64,000 nt of DNA. Origin: Octopus sinensis (Eukaryota). The notes below the pieces were generated by a model, which was given only the letters and a program-made list of their open reading frames with translations, did no database searches and was not told where the DNA came from. The translations under genes were made by a program, and so were the position numbers. Of the stretch, positions 14,772-26,955 are shown in pieces (the stretch's first letter is position 1; each line of letters starts with the position of its first letter). The DNA is taken from positions 7,812,001 to 7,876,000 of the forward strand of contig NC_043001.1 in assembly GCF_006345805.1 (NCBI RefSeq). Reading direction: 5' to 3'.

Positions 14772-14955
14772 TCTGGGAGGACCGTTGGAATGCCGGGCTA
14801 AATGCTGGGCAACATTTCTGTCGTCTCTACGTTATGAGTTCGAATTTGGCCGAGGTGGAATTTGCTTTGCATATTTTCGGGGTCAATAAAATCGATGCAA
14901 TTGACTTGCTCCGTTCCCCGAATTCGTTTGTGCCCTAAGTAATGCAAAGATAATT
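14772..14955 (+). mobile_element. Degenerate SINE family A (tail 2)
   Basis: gccgggctaaatgct...gttatgagttcgaatttggccgaggtggaatttgctttgc...ggggtcaataaa. Confidence 0.65.
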
Positions 14956-15539
14956 ACGGGTTCAATTTGTCCGAATGAAATATCCCTTTTTCTTTTCTGT
15001 CAGATACAACTTTCTGTCTTCATTATTACAATTGTTTTTACTATTTTTCCTTACCCTTCACACGTTTCGTCTCTACTTTATCCTTTCTTTTCAATTTCTA
15101 ATCTTATATATTTTAAGATTCTCCTTTCCTAATAAAAAGATGTTAAAACACTCCTAAACATTTTGAATAGATTACCTCCATTTTTTAAAAATATAGTTTA
15201 ACAATATATTCTTTAAACTACTGCTTCTGATGAAAGCCGTAAATAATATTAAAATTCCAACTTACTTCAATGTTTGGTTATAAAGATGTTCTGATATTCC
15301 AAACGCCATAAGTTGGTGTTATAAAAGACGGTACCTGCTGTCAGACTTCGTTTAAATCTAGAGTACACAGCGTTGGTGTGAACGATACAGAATTTGCTTC
15401 TCGGTAACGGGTTGCTGGCCACTTCTCCGCCTACAAGTGTACTTTACACAACCATCATAGATGTTTTCACAGTTATATTTATGCGTTAAAGATTTTCTTT
15501 TTATTTCAAAATTGCCATCTCACTTGGAATTTTGTGCCC

Positions 15540-15574
<35 letters not shown>

Positions 15575-15580
15575 CGCTCA

Positions 15581-15635
<55 letters not shown>

Positions 15636-15910
15636 CAGAGAGAGAGAGTAGAAATAGGTTACGAAAAGAAAATATAAAATACACGTGGAAATGTAAGGGT
15701 GAAATATGAAAAATCAATGAAAATGCACATTGCAAATAAAAAAAAGGCTATTTATGACAGGTAACGACAAATATATACATTTAGATTGACTGAGGTAGTA
15801 ATACGAGTCATAAAAGTCATTATTATGAGATGATTATAAAATGATAATAAAGTAAGAGAACAAAATGGACCATGGTTTACGCAAACTAGTCATCGTTTCA
15901 ACAACACCGG

Positions 15911-15954
<44 letters not shown>

Positions 15955-15958
<4 letters not shown>

Positions 15959-16062
15959 CCTTATTTGCTATCTTCGGTCTTCTGGATACTAATACCTTTA
16001 TATATATATATATATATAAAGGTATTAGTATCCAGAAGACCGAAGATAGCAAATAAGGCTAT
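15955..16062. repeat. Perfect 108-bp palindrome centred on (AT)9
   Basis: atagccttatttgctatcttcggtcttctggatactaataccttt-(at)9-aaaggtattagtatccagaagaccgaagatagcaaataaggctat. Confidence 0.97.
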
Positions 16063-17207
16063 GCAAGGGATACGGGAGGACCGGAGTTAGACTCTCGGTT
16101 CCATAATATTAAAAGTGTGGGGTCCAAATTCCGTCTTATGTGTGCATGTATATGTTAAATATAATGAGACAACAAAGCCAAGTGTGTGGAATTCACAAGA
16201 CATTGATAAAGAGAAAGGTAATCTTACAGCTGTTAGGGATATCTCTTCATCAGAGACGATATGAGAGAGAGGTAACTACAGAGAAACAATAGAGTTCAAT
16301 ATAAAGAAGTATTTTAGAAAATGATGGATATAAGAAGTGTAAAGGGAAATAAGAGAATAAAATACAAATAAAAAATATGTAAGTTGTTAAAGTTGCAGTT
16401 TCATTATCCAAAGAATGTTCTGCGAAGAATGTGTGGAAATGCTTCTTGTCATTGGTATGTAGATTCTGATAGGTGATCATATTTTGTTATTACAAAATGT
16501 GGGTGTGGGGATATACATTTCATGTGCTGCTCATTCAAAGGGATCTTGGGATGTGAATGCATCTCATTAATCAATTCTGTTTACGGGTAGGTAGATGGAG
16601 AGCAGAGAATATATATGTGTGTTAGGAAGAGAATGGTCTTAGTCAAAAGGAATACCGGAGGAATGAAGAAAGAAAGAAGGAAAGAAAGAGAAAGAAAATG
16701 AAAAAAGGAGTGTTAGATGGTGGTCAAGATATTTTGAGTGGGATGGGAGAGGAGAGTTATCACGATGAAAGCAATAGGCGAATAGAATGTAAGGAAGGAA
16801 TAGGTGTGAGAATTGGGAGGTGGGGTGATATGATAGAAAATCCCCAAATTGGAGAGATAGGTAAAGAAAATGGTCGATGAGGTGTAATAAAGTGAATAGT
16901 AAACCTAGAAAAGGATGGGAAGAATAAGAAGATATCATAGTCACTTTTTAAAAATGGCCGTAGGTAAATTATTCATATGTATATTTTTATATGCCTACAC
17001 ACACACAAATATATATATTGCGACGTACGTACACCTTGTTCTCTTATATGTAAGTACACATTTCACTAAACTTTGTACGACTTCAACACTCTCTCTCCCC
17101 CTTAATTCCTTTGCTCCTCTTTTCCTCTCTCTTCTCTTCTCACGTGACCACTGGCTGACTACTAGCCCTTTTGCGTTGGACCACGGTCACGGTCGCATCG
17201 TTCTTTT

Positions 17208-17256
<49 letters not shown>

Positions 17257-19389
17257 GAATTCTATCTACCAATATACAGAGACACATATGCGAGCATTTG
17301 CACTGCACACATACACAGACGTGAATATATAAAAGAAAAGTGCTCTGTATTTTAACTCAAGCACGCGCACACACCACACGCACACACCATATCCACACAT
17401 AATTATATATGCACATAGATTGATGCGCTATTGATGTGCTGAAGAATAAAGAGAAATCATTTGGCGTATTCCTTTCTATTCTCTTTTCCCGCTCATCAGC
17501 TCATAGACGTCCTACAAATGAACAAGTATTCAGATACATTATTATGAGACAGAAATTAACCTAGTGCCCTGGTGAATATCATGCAATATATATTTTTTAA
17601 ATTTAGACGCGCCGTGAAAATTACAATTTTTAAAAATTCATTTACGTTTTTCATTAATGTAGCAACATAATTTCCCTTTGTGCTAGCGTTTAGAATTATT
17701 ACTGACGCCATTATGCCAACTGCAGAAAATTTTGATTGTTCTATGTTATTATTTTTTTAAATATTTTCCTGTTATTTTCTTTTATGTTGCTTATTGTACT
17801 TGTGAATATAGCCATAACCATATTCTTCAAAAAACATTTAAATATTTAATCAAGTTAAAAGTAGTTATTAAAGATTAAAAATGTGATGATGCAATTGGTT
17901 ATTCTGGGGAAAAAAATGGAAATCAAATTGGAAAATATTGAAAAATGTTCAGCTAGGTACTAGAATTGTAATCGTGGCATCTGACAATATTTTTATGTAA
18001 AACTGGTAAGACTGTAGAAAATGTAATTTATTAATGTATATAATAATGTACATATATATTTTCATAACACTAATCATTGGTACAGACGACTAAATCCCAG
18101 GTATCGAAGAAGTAATATTAAGATTCATCATATTAATATTTAATTAAATCTTGGATGTGAAGAAAATGTGACGCCAAAGTTCGATGTATGCAGATTTCAT
18201 TTTCGTTTCTAGGCTCCGATCTTTTTCACGGCTTTCCACCTCATAACAAAAATCAATGAACGAGAAAAAATGTTGACATTAGATTCTCAGCTAAATGAAA
18301 TGAAATTTATTGTACAGAAATTCAAATTATTCCTAATTTCACCACTTCAGGAAGAGGTAATAATATGAAATTCCGAAATAGTGATATGAAAAACGGTTGC
18401 AATTTTATTTTGTTCAGTCAAATATTTTTTCCTATATAAACGATTCATATGATTTCAAAATGGAAATACATAACAAGATGTTCATACACAAATACATTGA
18501 TTTTGTCGTGTTGTTAATATATTCCTATTCATACATATGGATTGAATTCTTACTGAAACGAAAATTATTATATTGTTATTACACCACTATATTTGTTAAG
18601 AGTATATCTGTTTGACAGTTTATGAATGTGAAGTTATTAAATTATTGATAATTATGTAGCATTTATAACAATTTATATTCATTGATCCAAAAATATTGCT
18701 TCAACTAAAAAAAATAACTAAATGTCAAAACATATAATAAAAACTATTCAGAAGTTCAGGTATAAATAGAATCCTTCAATTTATTTGCGAATTTTATGTA
18801 TACTGATAGCACACATAAGAGAGTGATAAAATTCGTATACATGGGTAATTATTTGTTCATATACACACACAAACACACACATAAACACACACACACAGAA
18901 GTGAAAGAAAAATCATGCCTTCGCACTTTCACACATGTCCAAACACCTATTTAAATGACTTCCCAACTAACACCTATAGAAGTAGATTAAATCTCTATGG
19001 GTCACTCTGAAATGAATTTGGAGAGTGTCCGCAGGACTTGTTTCGCGATGGATTGTGTGTATTACAATATATATACATATCTGTGTTTTAATTTTCTGAG
19101 ACAGAACTGCGCACGCGTGTGTCTGTACATGCATGACAGTAGCGTTTGTTATCTTTGTATATCTGGGTTCCGATTTACTTGTACGTATGCGTATGTATAT
19201 ATTACATAAATGTATATATACAGTTACACACACACACACACAGTTTAGAAGGATGGTCTGTTCGCAATTTTATAACCGAATAGCAGAAATACATGTCTCT
19301 AAAGTGACTGAAGTCGCTGGAAATAATAGTTAAAATAGCTGATAGCCACAAGCGCTTATCTTAATGACTGTCAGGGGAGGCCCGTTCCC

Positions 19390-19551
19390 TCAGTGGCACT
19401 CTCCTAGCGCCTTGGGTTAAACTCAACTCACCTTGTCAGTTTATAAGATTATCGTAGAAATCATACGCTGTGTTTCTAAACAGTAAAAGTGAAACGCATA
19501 AATAATAAGTTTAGTTGAGTTTAACTCAAGGCAATAGGTGAGAGCCACTGA
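19390..19551. repeat. Imperfect inverted repeat with 45-bp arms
   Basis: Arms at 19390-19434 and 19507-19551 share gccttg.gttaaactcaact. Confidence 0.75.
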
Positions 19552-19750
19552 CCAGCATTAATATAAATCCAAATCATTGTAATCTGGCTATGTCCAGGTG
19601 TTGAAGGAGTTTGCCTCCCTTGTCAGCCATTAAGATAAGATGCATCTTGTGGCTACGAATTGTTTTAACTACTATTTCTAGCAATATTAGTGCTCACTAG
19701 TTCTCTCAGTCACTTTAGTTACTTAAATATATATATATATAATAAATACG

Positions 19751-19996
19751 CCCTTTTAAAGCCTAGCCAGGCTCATGGGCCCGATTTCCCGGTTTCCATG
19801 GCGTATGTTTTCCCCAAATGTACAGGACACCAGTCCATCGCAGCGTTACTCCTTTTTGCCAGCTGAGTGGACTGGAGCAACGTGAAATGAAGTGTTTTTC
19901 TCAAGAACACAACGCCTCGCCCGGTCGAGGAATCGAAACCACAATCTTACGATCATGATGCTGATACCCTAACCATTAATCCACGGTCCTCCTCAC
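19751..19996 (-). mobile_element. tRNA SINE, head A (CORE-like) plus V-like tail
   Basis: The head and CORE-like block match 50210; the tail gctgcgatggactggtgtcc matches 32288 and 53762. Confidence 0.8.
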
Positions 19997-20009
19997 CCAC
20001 ACACATATG

Positions 20010-20064
<55 letters not shown>

Positions 20065-20120
20065 AAAAAATGAAGTTCGAAAATGCTGCTGTATTATACA
20101 ATTTTTTATTTTTATATATA

Positions 20121-20165
20121 CATTATAACATGTTTCAGTTCCTGAAATGAACCTTATCAAAAAAA
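20121..20165 (-). ncRNA. Degenerate minimal hammerhead at the PLE 3' end
   Basis: ttgataa-g-gttc..gaac-t-GAAAC-at-GTT with a palindromic aacatgtt stem III; the core differs from CUGAUGA at two positions. Confidence 0.4.
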
Positions 20166-20503
20166 GTTATATATAAAAAGAGACAGCTCATGCCGTCAAA
20201 CACAAGAAATTCATTTATAATACAAAACGGAGTCAGACATCTTAGAGTTCATGTATAGTTGATATATAGTTCATGTATAGTTGATATATAGTTTGAAGTA
20301 TATGTTCAAAGTGTTCGATGCAGTGGCCCACGGTGGCGATACGTATTCAATACAAAAAACAGATCAAAGTGGTGGAAAGCGGTCAATACAGAAGATTGAT
20401 GTTTCCGAAAGAGCGAGGAATTCATTTTTACCTTAAGCAATTGTGATGACCCATGGTGGAAGTTCGCTGGGTGGTTCTAGTGATTTTTTGTGAAATGCTT
20501 GGC

Positions 20504-20873
20504 TTTATAATGCCTGTTAGGTGGTCAATCTAGCGTAGCGTGACGTCATCAATGTTTTGACCAATCGTTTCGTTAGGTGGCTTTAACCAAGTGGAACGGG
20601 ACGTCATCATTATTTTGACCAATCGCTGCATTATAACTCCCTCTTGTTTGTTTCCTATCTTGACCAGTCGCTTCGTTAGTCAAGCATAGCGGGACGTCAT
20701 CCATATTCTGCCCAATCACGACTTATAGCTACATTAGATCTGCCCCCTGTCTGTACTTGTTAGGTGACTATTCAAGCAGAAAAGGACGTCATCAATATTC
20801 TGACTAATGACTGTCCCCTGTTTGTATCCTGTCCATTCTAGCAGAGCTAGACGTCATCAACTTGTTGACCAAT
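20504..20873 (-). promoter_or_regulatory. TATA box plus five CRE-CCAAT units in the PLE 3' region
   Basis: GACGTCA at 20542, 20600, 20693, 20785 and 20850, each followed 19 nt later (start to start) by CCAAT, with CTAAT in the fourth unit. TATAAA lies on the minus strand at 20504-20509. Confidence 0.7.
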
Positions 20874-21044
20874 CAGAATCGGGTCTGACCCTTAGCTGTA
20901 TCGTATGTATCAGGGTCAGATTTGCACGAAGAATTTTTTTCCCCTTTTTTTTACTAAGGCATATTTCCGTCAGAGTGAGTGTCTGTTTGAAGTAGCGGCC
21001 GTGGTGAAATTTGGTTCTCCTTTTCGGAGAATTTATCTTTTGTT

Positions 21045-23338
21045 TTAGTATTCCTGGCCCAGGGTGTTTAAACTTGGTCTAAATTTTTTTATGAAATATA
21101 GTTCTTTATTTTGGCGTTGTGTGAAGGTTGCGTTGTCACTGAATTTATAGAGCGGGTTAGTTGTAAATTTCGGATTTACATTTCCAGCACATCTATCTAT
21201 GTGTCCGCTGACCGGTATTTTGCGGTAATCAGGGTTTCTAATTTGTGATTTATGCACCGCCATCCTGTTACGTAAGCTATTTTTTGTATGGCCTATATAC
21301 TGCCTATTGCAGCCTGCGCATGTTATGACGTAAATTAAGTTTTCTGATGCGCAGGTGAAGTTTGTTCTAATGGTGAACTGGTGGCCTTGTTCCAGTATAA
21401 ATTCTGATCCTTCTTTCAAGATGACACAGATTCCGCAGTTGGGCCTTCCACATTTTCTAACTGCTGGTTTTGTGGTTGATGTTGAGTGCAGTGTAGCTTG
21501 GGTTAAAATCCTTTTCAAGGATTTTGGTTGCCGTTTACTTTTAATGATGGTGTGTGTTTCGAGGATCCGGTTCATCTTTGGGTCTCCCTTTAGTAGGGCT
21601 GTGCTTTGTAGTATGGTGTTGAAGGCCTCATTGTTGAGTGGGTTGTGTGTAGAGATGTAGGGAAGGGTTTTTAATTGTTCTTTCGTTTTTGGTTTTGTTT
21701 GTCTCAGGTCTTCTATACTTAATTTAAGTACCCGTTGGATTGCACTGTCTATTAGGGGCTGTGGATAGTTTCTATTTGTGAGTGTGGTTCTAAATTCCTG
21801 GAGACGTGTGTGTCGGGTGTTTGTGTCTGATATTATGGTGCAAATCCTTCTAGCTAAACAAAAAGGGACATTCATTCTAGTGTGTCGTGGGTGGCATGAA
21901 TCAAAGGGTAGGTACTGTTTAGAGTCTGTCGGTTTATAGTAGATATCTGTCTCTATTTTGTTGCCGGTTATCTTAATGAGGTTGTCTAAAAATGGTAATT
22001 CTTTTTCGTTGTGGTCCATCGTGAATTGTATATTGTCATTTATTCCATTAATAGAATTTTAAATTCCTCAAGTTTCTCTATGCCTTTGTCCCAGATGATG
22101 AAACAGTCATCGAGGTATCTTTTCCAGTTGTTATGGATATAGGTGGCGAAGGTGTTTCCATATTTCTCGAGTGTCATCCGGTATAGTATTTTCTCGAGGT
22201 ATCCCATCACTAGGTTGGCAAAAGATGGTGCAGTACGCGTGCCCATCGCTGTTCCCGATCTTTGCCTGTAGAAATAATTGTCAAAAATAAAATAATTGTT
22301 CTCTAAAATGAATCTAAGTCCTTCTATTATAAGGTCTTTGTTTATGCGAGTTGGGAGTTCAAAGGGGTAGTTATTCAGCCAGAAGGTGATTGCTTCTATT
22401 CCTAGGTTGTGAGGGATGTTAGAATAAAGATTAACTACGTCGAATGATACTAGAAGGGTTTTCATTGACTGTTTTAGGGAGGTGGTTGAGCATATCTATA
22501 TCGTCTCTTACGTAGCTTTTGATGTGTTTTAGGAAAGGTTTAAGAAGTGTGTCTACGAAATTGCTGAGGCGGTGATTTCACATGCTGGCCCTGCTATTAT
22601 CGGTCTTAGTTTAAGATCATTTGGTGAAGGGATTTTGATGAGTGTGTCGGTGGATGTTTTGCACGTTTCTCTAATGGTTTGGCTTTTGTGTACCTTAGGG
22701 ATACCATAGAACAAACTCGATTTGCATTTGAAGTTAGTGATGTATTCATACTCCTTGTTCGTGAGTCCTTCTTGGTATGTGTTGATTAATGTCCTAAGGT
22801 TATGCATTATTTTTTGCTGGTTATACTGTTGGGCCCTTTCATAATACGTTTCATCTCTTAATAGGGATAGCACTAAATTTTTATAATTGTTTGTATTCAT
22901 TATTACTATCGCGTTGCCCTTATCTGCCTCCTTAATTGTTATTGTTTTGTCTTCTCTTAGTTTGATGAGGTCGTTCCATTCTCTTTTGTTGAAGTTAGGG
23001 CTGTGTTTTTGTTTCTTGATGAATTGAAACGGGAAATTAGTTATGTAGTCACAGTAGCGGTCTAAGGCTTTATTCTTACCTTTGGTGGTGGTGTAATTGC
23101 TCTTGTTTCTAGCTATTGAGTCCTCCTCTATTTGTTTGTCTTGAAATGCCTCGGTGAGTCTTATTTTTCTGCAAAATTCCGAAATATCATCTTTCATTTC
23201 ATAATAATTAGAACGTTGTGGTGTGGGTGTAAATTTAAGTCCTTTGGAGAGTATGCTTATTTCGTTAGGTGTAAGTTCTTTGTTTGAGAGATTGATTATC
23301 TTAATTACCTGAGGTTTCTTTTGTTTGTCCTTTGCCAT
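21045..23338 (-). pseudogene. PLE RT-GIY-YIG polyprotein, split by three frameshifts
   Basis: IINLSNKELT..LSKGLKFTPTP; YGIPKVHK..LRPIIAG; VSFDVVNLYSNIP; GTAMGTRTAPSFANL; RYLDDCF; YKPTDSKQYL..SCHP; LIYVITC..QYIGHTK..RMAVH. Breaks at about 22575, 22460 and 22050. Confidence 0.93.
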
Positions 23339-23670
23339 CGTGTGTCCCTGTCCTGTGTGTGGGGTCTAAAAAATGGTTGGTGTAGTTATGTTCAAAGCTA
23401 TTATTTATCTGTCTCATGTTGTTATAATTGTCAGAGTGAGTTTGTGGTGCTCTGTTCTGGAGTCTGTTGTTGAACCTAGTGTTACGTCTTAGTTCCTCAG
23501 GTGTATTGTGTTGGTAGTTGTTTCCTCCGTAGTGCATTTGTTGTTTGTTATGGTTGTATGGTTGGTTCCTGGGGTGGATGTTTGGTAGTAGCGTTTTGGT
23601 TTGGTTATGTGGGTTGTATTTTATAGTATTGTATGTTGTGGCTCTTAGGTTCGTGGAATGGTGTGGTGGG
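23301..23670 (-). CDS. PLE upstream ORF1-like low-complexity frame (N/T/H/P-rich)
   Basis: Open frame overlapping the start of the RT ORF, ending ...NHFLDPTHRTGTHDGKGQTKETSGN*. An internal direct repeat lies at about 23660-23715 and 23795-23855. Confidence 0.45.
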
Positions 23671-23859
23671 ACCTATAAGTGTTTTGGGGTTGGTGTAGGT
23701 AGTGTGGGGTGCGTTTTAAATGCATTTTTCTGGTGTAGAGTGTGTTTGGATTTCTTGGTGGTTGTTCTGTCTGTTGGTATGTCTATTTTCGAACTGGTGT
23801 GGTGGGCCTCTGTAGGTGTTTTGGGGTTGGTGTAGTTAGTGTGGGGTGTGTTTTAGGTG

Positions 23860-23896
<37 letters not shown>

Positions 23897-24189
23897 GTAT
23901 ATATATACAGTGGTATATATATATATAACGATATATTGTTATGCGCATATATATAGGTGTATGTGATTTTTATAATAGTTAGTATGTTTCTGCCTTTGCA
24001 ATTTGTTTTAGCCATCAACAGGTCTCCCGAAGGAAAATAATTTGGCTTGCAAACTAGTTCCCTCTGTTGGGGGAAAGGAAGATTTTGTCAGTAAGATCCG
24101 AATATATTTTCTGGAAAATTGGTCATAAGTTATATAGTTCATCAGATTCTCGTGTTTCTGAACCGGTTCACTGTACGGATTGAAGAAAC

Positions 24190-24450
24190 CAACAGAGTAG
24201 ATGAGTGTTGAAAGTATTCTAAAGTGAGAATCTCCATTGCCATCTTATTAGCTTGTCAAAGAGTTATTGTAAAGCAATACAAAACGCGTCGTATTTTATA
24301 AATTTCATTAGTGTGTAAAGAGACCACAACTTGTAGCCTATATCGAAAATATTCGATGGATTAGTTACAGCGTATAGACATGTCCTATGCGCCTGAATTA
24401 GCCGTATCATGTGCTATAAAATATGGATTCGATGTGCAAAATTCTCGTTA
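24190..24450 (-). repeat. Inverted copy of 25640-25910
   Basis: Shared atcgaatccatattt..gctaattcaggc.cataggacat.tctatacgctgtaactaa.ccatcgaat.ttttcgatataggcta..ctctttgacaagcta. Confidence 0.85.
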
Positions 24451-25003
24451 TTTGTTTGACGTAGATGAAATTTAATAAGATTTTCGAAGCGTGTGTGTTT
24501 TTATTTGCTGAATGTAAGATATCTAGATCGTAAAGAATAAGCAAAGAGAGTGGCGTAAATGAGGTCGGGAATCTAAGTTGTTTATGGATCTAATTTGTTT
24601 TATTCAAAATATGCTCGTTTATTTTTTCGATCGCTAAACCACGTTGACAACCGTGTAATTATTGCCCCACAGCAGACAATTTCAACTCATTTGGAGTTTA
24701 TTTGATTAGCTCTCTTACCGTGAAGATATCAACATGTTATATTTGTAAATGAATAATAATATCTCATCATATGTATTGTATATTTGGTGGAAATGAGTTA
24801 CGCTTTTGAAAATATTCAATGATATAGGAGTATAATTCTGTGCATACGCATTAGATAATTTACACATTGATATTCTAATGGCCCGAAGGGAAATATAACG
24901 AAAGGTGGTGCGTTTACGCGGATCCTCAATGATACGAAACCTCTCAATGCAGAAATGTAGCGGCTCAGCCAAGAGTTACTACTTGATATTAGACCCGAGG
25001 CTA

Positions 25004-25235
25004 AAGGCGGCGGGCTGGCAGAATCGTTAGCACGCCGGGCGAAATGCTTAGCGGTATTTCGCCTGCCGCTGCGTTCTGAGTTCAAATTCAGCCGAGGTCA
25101 ACTTTGCCTTTCATCCTTGTGAGGTCGATTAAATAAGTACCAGTTACGCACTGGGGTCGATGTAATCGACTTAATCCGTTTCTCTGTCCTTGTTTGTCCC
25201 CTCTGTGTTTAGCCCCTTGTGGGTAGTAAAAAATG
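25004..25235 (+). mobile_element. SINE family A, full monomer with TSD
   Basis: 16-bp TSD gatattagacccg(a/c)gg at 24985-25000 and 25236-25251. Confidence 0.9.
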
Positions 25236-25639
25236 GATATTAGACCCGCGGCATTTAACTGGAGCTCCTTCAGAGGAACCCCGTTTTGGCTGCTCGTATT
25301 GGCGATCGCACTTACGATCATTGATAGTAACAGAAACTGAGTTGAGAATAGCGGTTTTGGCTTTTTATCGAGAGGTTATCAACTGACGATCGAATGTTGA
25401 GGCTATAGTGTTAATGTGCCATTACTTAAATCTATAAGTTACTGCTCCAGTACTTCGGACATGTGATTAGGATGTTAGAGAAAAATTTCCCAAGAAGTAT
25501 TTTTCAAAGCCACTCAATGGAGGAAACTTAGAGGTAAACAAAGAGGACAAATTAGATAATATTTATAGTCTCAGTTGTGCAGGCTTGGAGACTATACGGG
25601 AGTCTAATCTTGGCTGTTTATTTTTTTAATAATTACATT

Positions 25640-26300
25640 TTGCAATATTGTACATCGAATCCATATTTCAAACACTCATGGTCCAGCTAATTCAGGCACA
25701 TAGGACATATCTATACGCTGTAACTAAGCCATCGAATGTTTTCGATATAGGCTAAAATTGTTCTCTTAATACTGTAATGAAATTTTTAATATACGACACG
25801 TTTTGTGTTACGTTAGTATAACTCTTTGACAAGCTAAAAAATGGCGCTGGAGAATCTCACTTTAGATTACTTTCAACACACATCCTCTCTTCTGGTTTCA
25901 TCAATCGGACGATATAGCATATTAATTATCAAAATTGTGTGTTTTGAAAAAAATTAAGTTTGTATAGCATTCTTTAGAATTGGGTGACGAAATATCTAGG
26001 AGGCTTTACACTATTACTGGAGTTCATTTGATAGACACATGCCTTCCATATGGACCCGTATTTTGGCCGAAGTATAATGGATGAAACACTAAAAAATATA
26101 GATTGTTTCCAAAGTTTTGACGACTCTTTCGAAAAATATTTGCTTTATAAAAACCAAGCTTATATTTTGAGGCTGATCTGTCCAACAATAATTTAATTAT
26201 CTAATATATGGTAGCTCATAAATGTAGCATTGTCACCAAATATTGGTCGTATTTACAAACTGAATCATAATTATTGAACCAATTGCGTGTATGAAGAAAA
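25640..26300 (+). mobile_element. Possible decayed DIRS/Ngaro-like RT fragment
   Basis: HLIDTCLPYG is followed about 25 codons later by FDDSF, resembling the DTCLPFG...YLDDF arrangement. Heavily disrupted. Confidence 0.3.
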
Positions 26301-26955
26301 CCATGTAAGAATAGATATACCGAATAAAATATGCAAATAGAAATGAATAGAATTATTGTATTGGTGGGTGGGGGGGTTAACTCTTTAAATATAGCTAAAA
26401 TAACCTCAGAGGATTGAGTTTAAATACAGAGATCTATATGGAAATGCTAAATTACGCATGCGCAAAAGGTAAAACAAAATTAATTCAAATTTTTCACTAC
26501 GATAAAACTTCATTTAATTGAGATAAGAGAACTCTATAAGTAAATTAAGAGTATACTTTAAAAGATTTTTACTGAATGCCCTTAAATGTCAATACTGTCA
26601 GCTTCGTTTCACCAATCTTTCATCTTTTCCATTTCTTAATCTCTTACGATTGCTTCTTTCATCTTCCTGTGTTTCAATTTACTTCCATATAATATTTGAA
26701 AATGCTTTTAATTTTTCAAAAGAATAAATTGCATGTGATTACGATAACACAAAAATTCACTCTTGATGGCAGATTACGAGTAAGATTTCCTAGTTTTCAG
26801 AGCAATGCCGAGAAATCTAATCTTATTCTAAGAATATGAGTTCAATTTATATATAAATATTTAGAAAAGAAATTGAACCAATATCATACCGTATAAAATT
26901 CTACAAAAAAGTGTAAGGAAATATATATAGGTTTGCGTAGAGAAGTATTGATATT

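Larger units (their letters stand above)
20061..23858 (-). mobile_element. Penelope-like element, Neptune type, 5'-truncated, with 3' pLTR region
   Basis: PLE RT motifs, a C-x4-CxxC linker and GIY-YIG endonuclease; bounded by (TA)n at about 20035-20060 and 23859 onward. Confidence 0.93.

Noticed and set aside
16600-16920. Possible L2/CR1 3' remnant in purine-rich sequence
   Set aside because: Too degenerate to distinguish from low-complexity DNA.
21355-21660. Plus-strand ORFs at 21355, 23545 and 60017
   Set aside because: Antisense shadows of retroelement ORFs.
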